64,000 nucleotides of DNA from Ostrea edulis (Eukaryota), in NCBI RefSeq assembly GCF_947568905.1, contig NC_079172.1, positions 17,422,001 through 17,486,000 of the forward strand. The letters run 5' to 3'. The position numbers and the translations under genes are program-made. Under the pieces are notes generated by a model. The model had not been told where the DNA came from, did not search any database, and worked only from the letters and a program-made list of their open reading frames with translations. Of the stretch, positions 61,415-64,000 are shown piece after piece (the stretch's first letter is position 1; the number at the start of each line of letters is the position of its first letter).

Positions 61415-61866
61415 TGTGGTGGTTTGGGTTAGATATGAATCGTGGATATTGGTTTGGATATAGCTCAGTGGTTAGAGTGCAGGAGTGGTTAGAGCACCTG
61501 ACGTAGTAATGAAGGGTTCCAAGGTTCAATTCCAGGTCTAGCCATAAACAATCTTAATTAGATTACTGAATTAGATGTTAGATCCACTCGCTGAGTATGT
61601 GAGTGGATCTAACATCTAATTTTAATTAGATTGAGCCATGAATTTTCTCCTTTTGATCCTGCTACATTTGGTGATGTTGACTACCCCTGGACATGGTGAA
61701 ATCTCCTTTCGATCCTGGGTCAAGGGCCTGACAAAACAATCTGGGTTATGTGTCTTCAAAGGCGAAAACAGTGTTTAAAGAGGGAGAAATGTAGTGGTTT
61801 GGGTTATTATGGACTGGATATTGGCCGGGATAACTTACCTGCCATAATTTCTCCTTTCCTGTTACA
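61415..61866 (+). mobile_element. TRIM-like miniature LTR element with a tRNA-like segment in the LTR
   Basis: LTR1 61415-61666 (TGTGGTGGTTTGGGTT...CCTGCTACA). A PBS-like TGGTG follows directly, and a polypurine tract AAAGAGGGAGAAA precedes LTR2. LTR2 61790-61866 (TGTAGTGGTTTGGGTT...CCTGTTACA) is internally deleted. The 5-bp flanks are TTTAC / CTTAC. Confidence 0.65.
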
Positions 61867-64000
61867 CTTACAAATTAAAAGCCGACAAAAATAAAATTGT
61901 ATAGCTTGATATTGTGCATTCTTTTCTGGCTGGGTGCTATATTTCTTGTTTTTTGATCATGGATCATAAATTTCCTAATGATGCTGATCGCTATTAGATT
62001 TACAATTTCAAAGTAAACCCACCAGTTAATTACTATAACTTTTATAAACACAGAATGATGCATTAGAGTTGTAGTACATGTATATTGATGAACTTTCATT
62101 GTATGAAAATAGTCATAAACATGTATGCGGCAAATTTTCTACTTTATTTGAAAATTGAATACTTAGAATTTGCATTAATTATAATTTTATAATACTATCT
62201 AAATATATCATGTATTGCAATTCAAAACAACATACACTATCCAGCCCCCTTGAATTAACCATGATTTATCTATTGAATATTTTAGCTTTTTACAAAGTAG
62301 GTCTAATGAAATGTAAACCAACCAATAAAAAACAATAAAATTTCTAAATGTGCCATTACACTCGCAGAAATAATAATTTGGTCCTAATAATTATCTATAG
62401 ATTTAAACTAAATCTTTCCAACTTTTTTTATTACCTCTATTTGCATAGTAAATAATAGATGTGGTGCTAGCATTCTAGTATTTTTTAATTGATAAGCATG
62501 TTTTTATTTATAATCAAATCCATAAATATTCCTGGCGAGCTAAAAGCATTTTGGATCGGGTTTGAAATACATTTTATTTAATGCACCATTTGATGAAAAC
62601 AAAAAGTTAGAAAACCATCGGCATCTTTAAATTGAATACAGGGCCGTAGTTGTTTCAAAGAATGCCTTGTTGTAGTAATGACTCTTTTGTTAATCCCATT
62701 GTGAAGTACATTCTTTTCTTTTTCAACTTTCTTTGCTGGGTATGTATTTTTAGAACAGCTGTATTCAGTAATTTACACACGATAGTCATTTGACATTTAA
62801 TAATTTATGCCCGTGATATCGTGAAACCTTTTTAGACAAGGAAAACTTTTTTCTTGTGGCAAGATAAGTCAAGATTTTGGTATACGTGGTATATAAAATC
62901 ATATCACAAGAGTTGGTAGTGTTATCTGTAAAGGTCTGTACAGCTGGTGGTTGTTGTTTACATTGTAGACCTTCACAGTTATAACTGCCATCTCCTGTGA
63001 ACACAAAGTCTATACAGCTACAATGTAAACAACCAGTCAAGTTGAGTGAACCACTCTAAAAATGAGTAATTTAATTAATTACATTTCAATGTAATTGACC
63101 CAAACCCTGCAGTGAACCACTTCAAGCTTCGCTACGCTTGCATTTAGCTAGTGGTTGTTGTTTACATTGTAGACCTGCCGACTCCTGTGATCACATAGTC
63201 AGATCTATGATTTTTTGACAAAACTGATAACTATTATGTTGCTTTAACAGGTTGGAATACTTCCCCTATACCGAAATCTTCTTGCTAAAACTCGATTATC
63301 CCTCTTTCACATGTTTAGTGAGAGAGTACACACTACCATAAACAGGTGTTTTGGTGTCTTTATTGAAAATAATGGCAAATTCTGTGCAATGCTGAATAAG
63401 TGTGACACATACCCAACATGATGTGAATTGTCTCTATAAAATGACAACATAGTCAAGAAATTTCATATCAAAGTTGCTGCGTAAGAGGGAAGTAGTCTGA
63501 AATCCAATGCACATCGTGAGTGTTTTACATTTGCAGAAGTATCAGACATTTGAGCACTTTTTCTTCTTTTCACGTGAAACACGAAGAGATGTACTCCACG
63601 GGTGTTTTTCACGGTTGTACAGGATATATTTAATCTCTTAATCTCGCTAGAGAGGGATAATCGCGTTTTCGCTAGAATATCTCCCATACTCGTCCATTGC
63701 TGTAAACACTACATGCAAATAACTTGACAATCGGAAGTTCGACTTCTAAATCAGTACATCAACATGGCGCACAATTATGAGTCTAGAAAGTGGAATGTAT
63801 CAGAATTGTAAAAACCGGTAGAATAGAATCTCACAAATCGTAAGTTGTAGGTTGTAAATTTATATATTGACTTAAGATACATATAATTTCATTTTATTTA
63901 CATAAAGAAAACCAGCAAATGTTTAGAATGATCGAATGTTGTGGGAGTGAATCACTCGAGTCTCCTGCATTTGCACCATTACACTGAGGTCTTAAGGTGT

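Noticed and set aside
63463-63687. 74-aa minus-strand ORF near the window end
   Set aside because: No homology I recognise and no supporting exon chain within the window.

Overview
This is AT-rich eukaryotic genomic DNA, most likely from an oyster or related bivalve. That assignment is an inference from the repeat families, which include Cg170-like ~166-bp units inside Helentron-type elements. I reconstructed five protein-coding genes by hand from GT-AG junctions and frame phase: a fem-1-like ankyrin gene (-), MOGS/glucosidase I (-), a 24-exon EMSY-like gene (-), an AP-2 (TFAP2) transcription factor with an uninterrupted coding region (-), and CEP19 (+). The main result is the EMSY locus. Its ENT domain splices in frame to a complete C-terminal bromodomain, which vertebrate EMSY lacks. 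The AP-2 gene lies on the same strand inside the EMSY intron that separates the ENT half from the bromodomain half. Two candidate splice routes could drop the bromodomain. The rest of the window is dense in non-autonomous mobile DNA: Helentron/HINE elements with different internal tandem arrays, MITEs, a Mutator-like long-TIR element with nested insertions, a SINE, an RTE LINE tail and a TRIM-like element. Exon models and family assignments come from reading the sequence and recalled motifs; no database searches were run.
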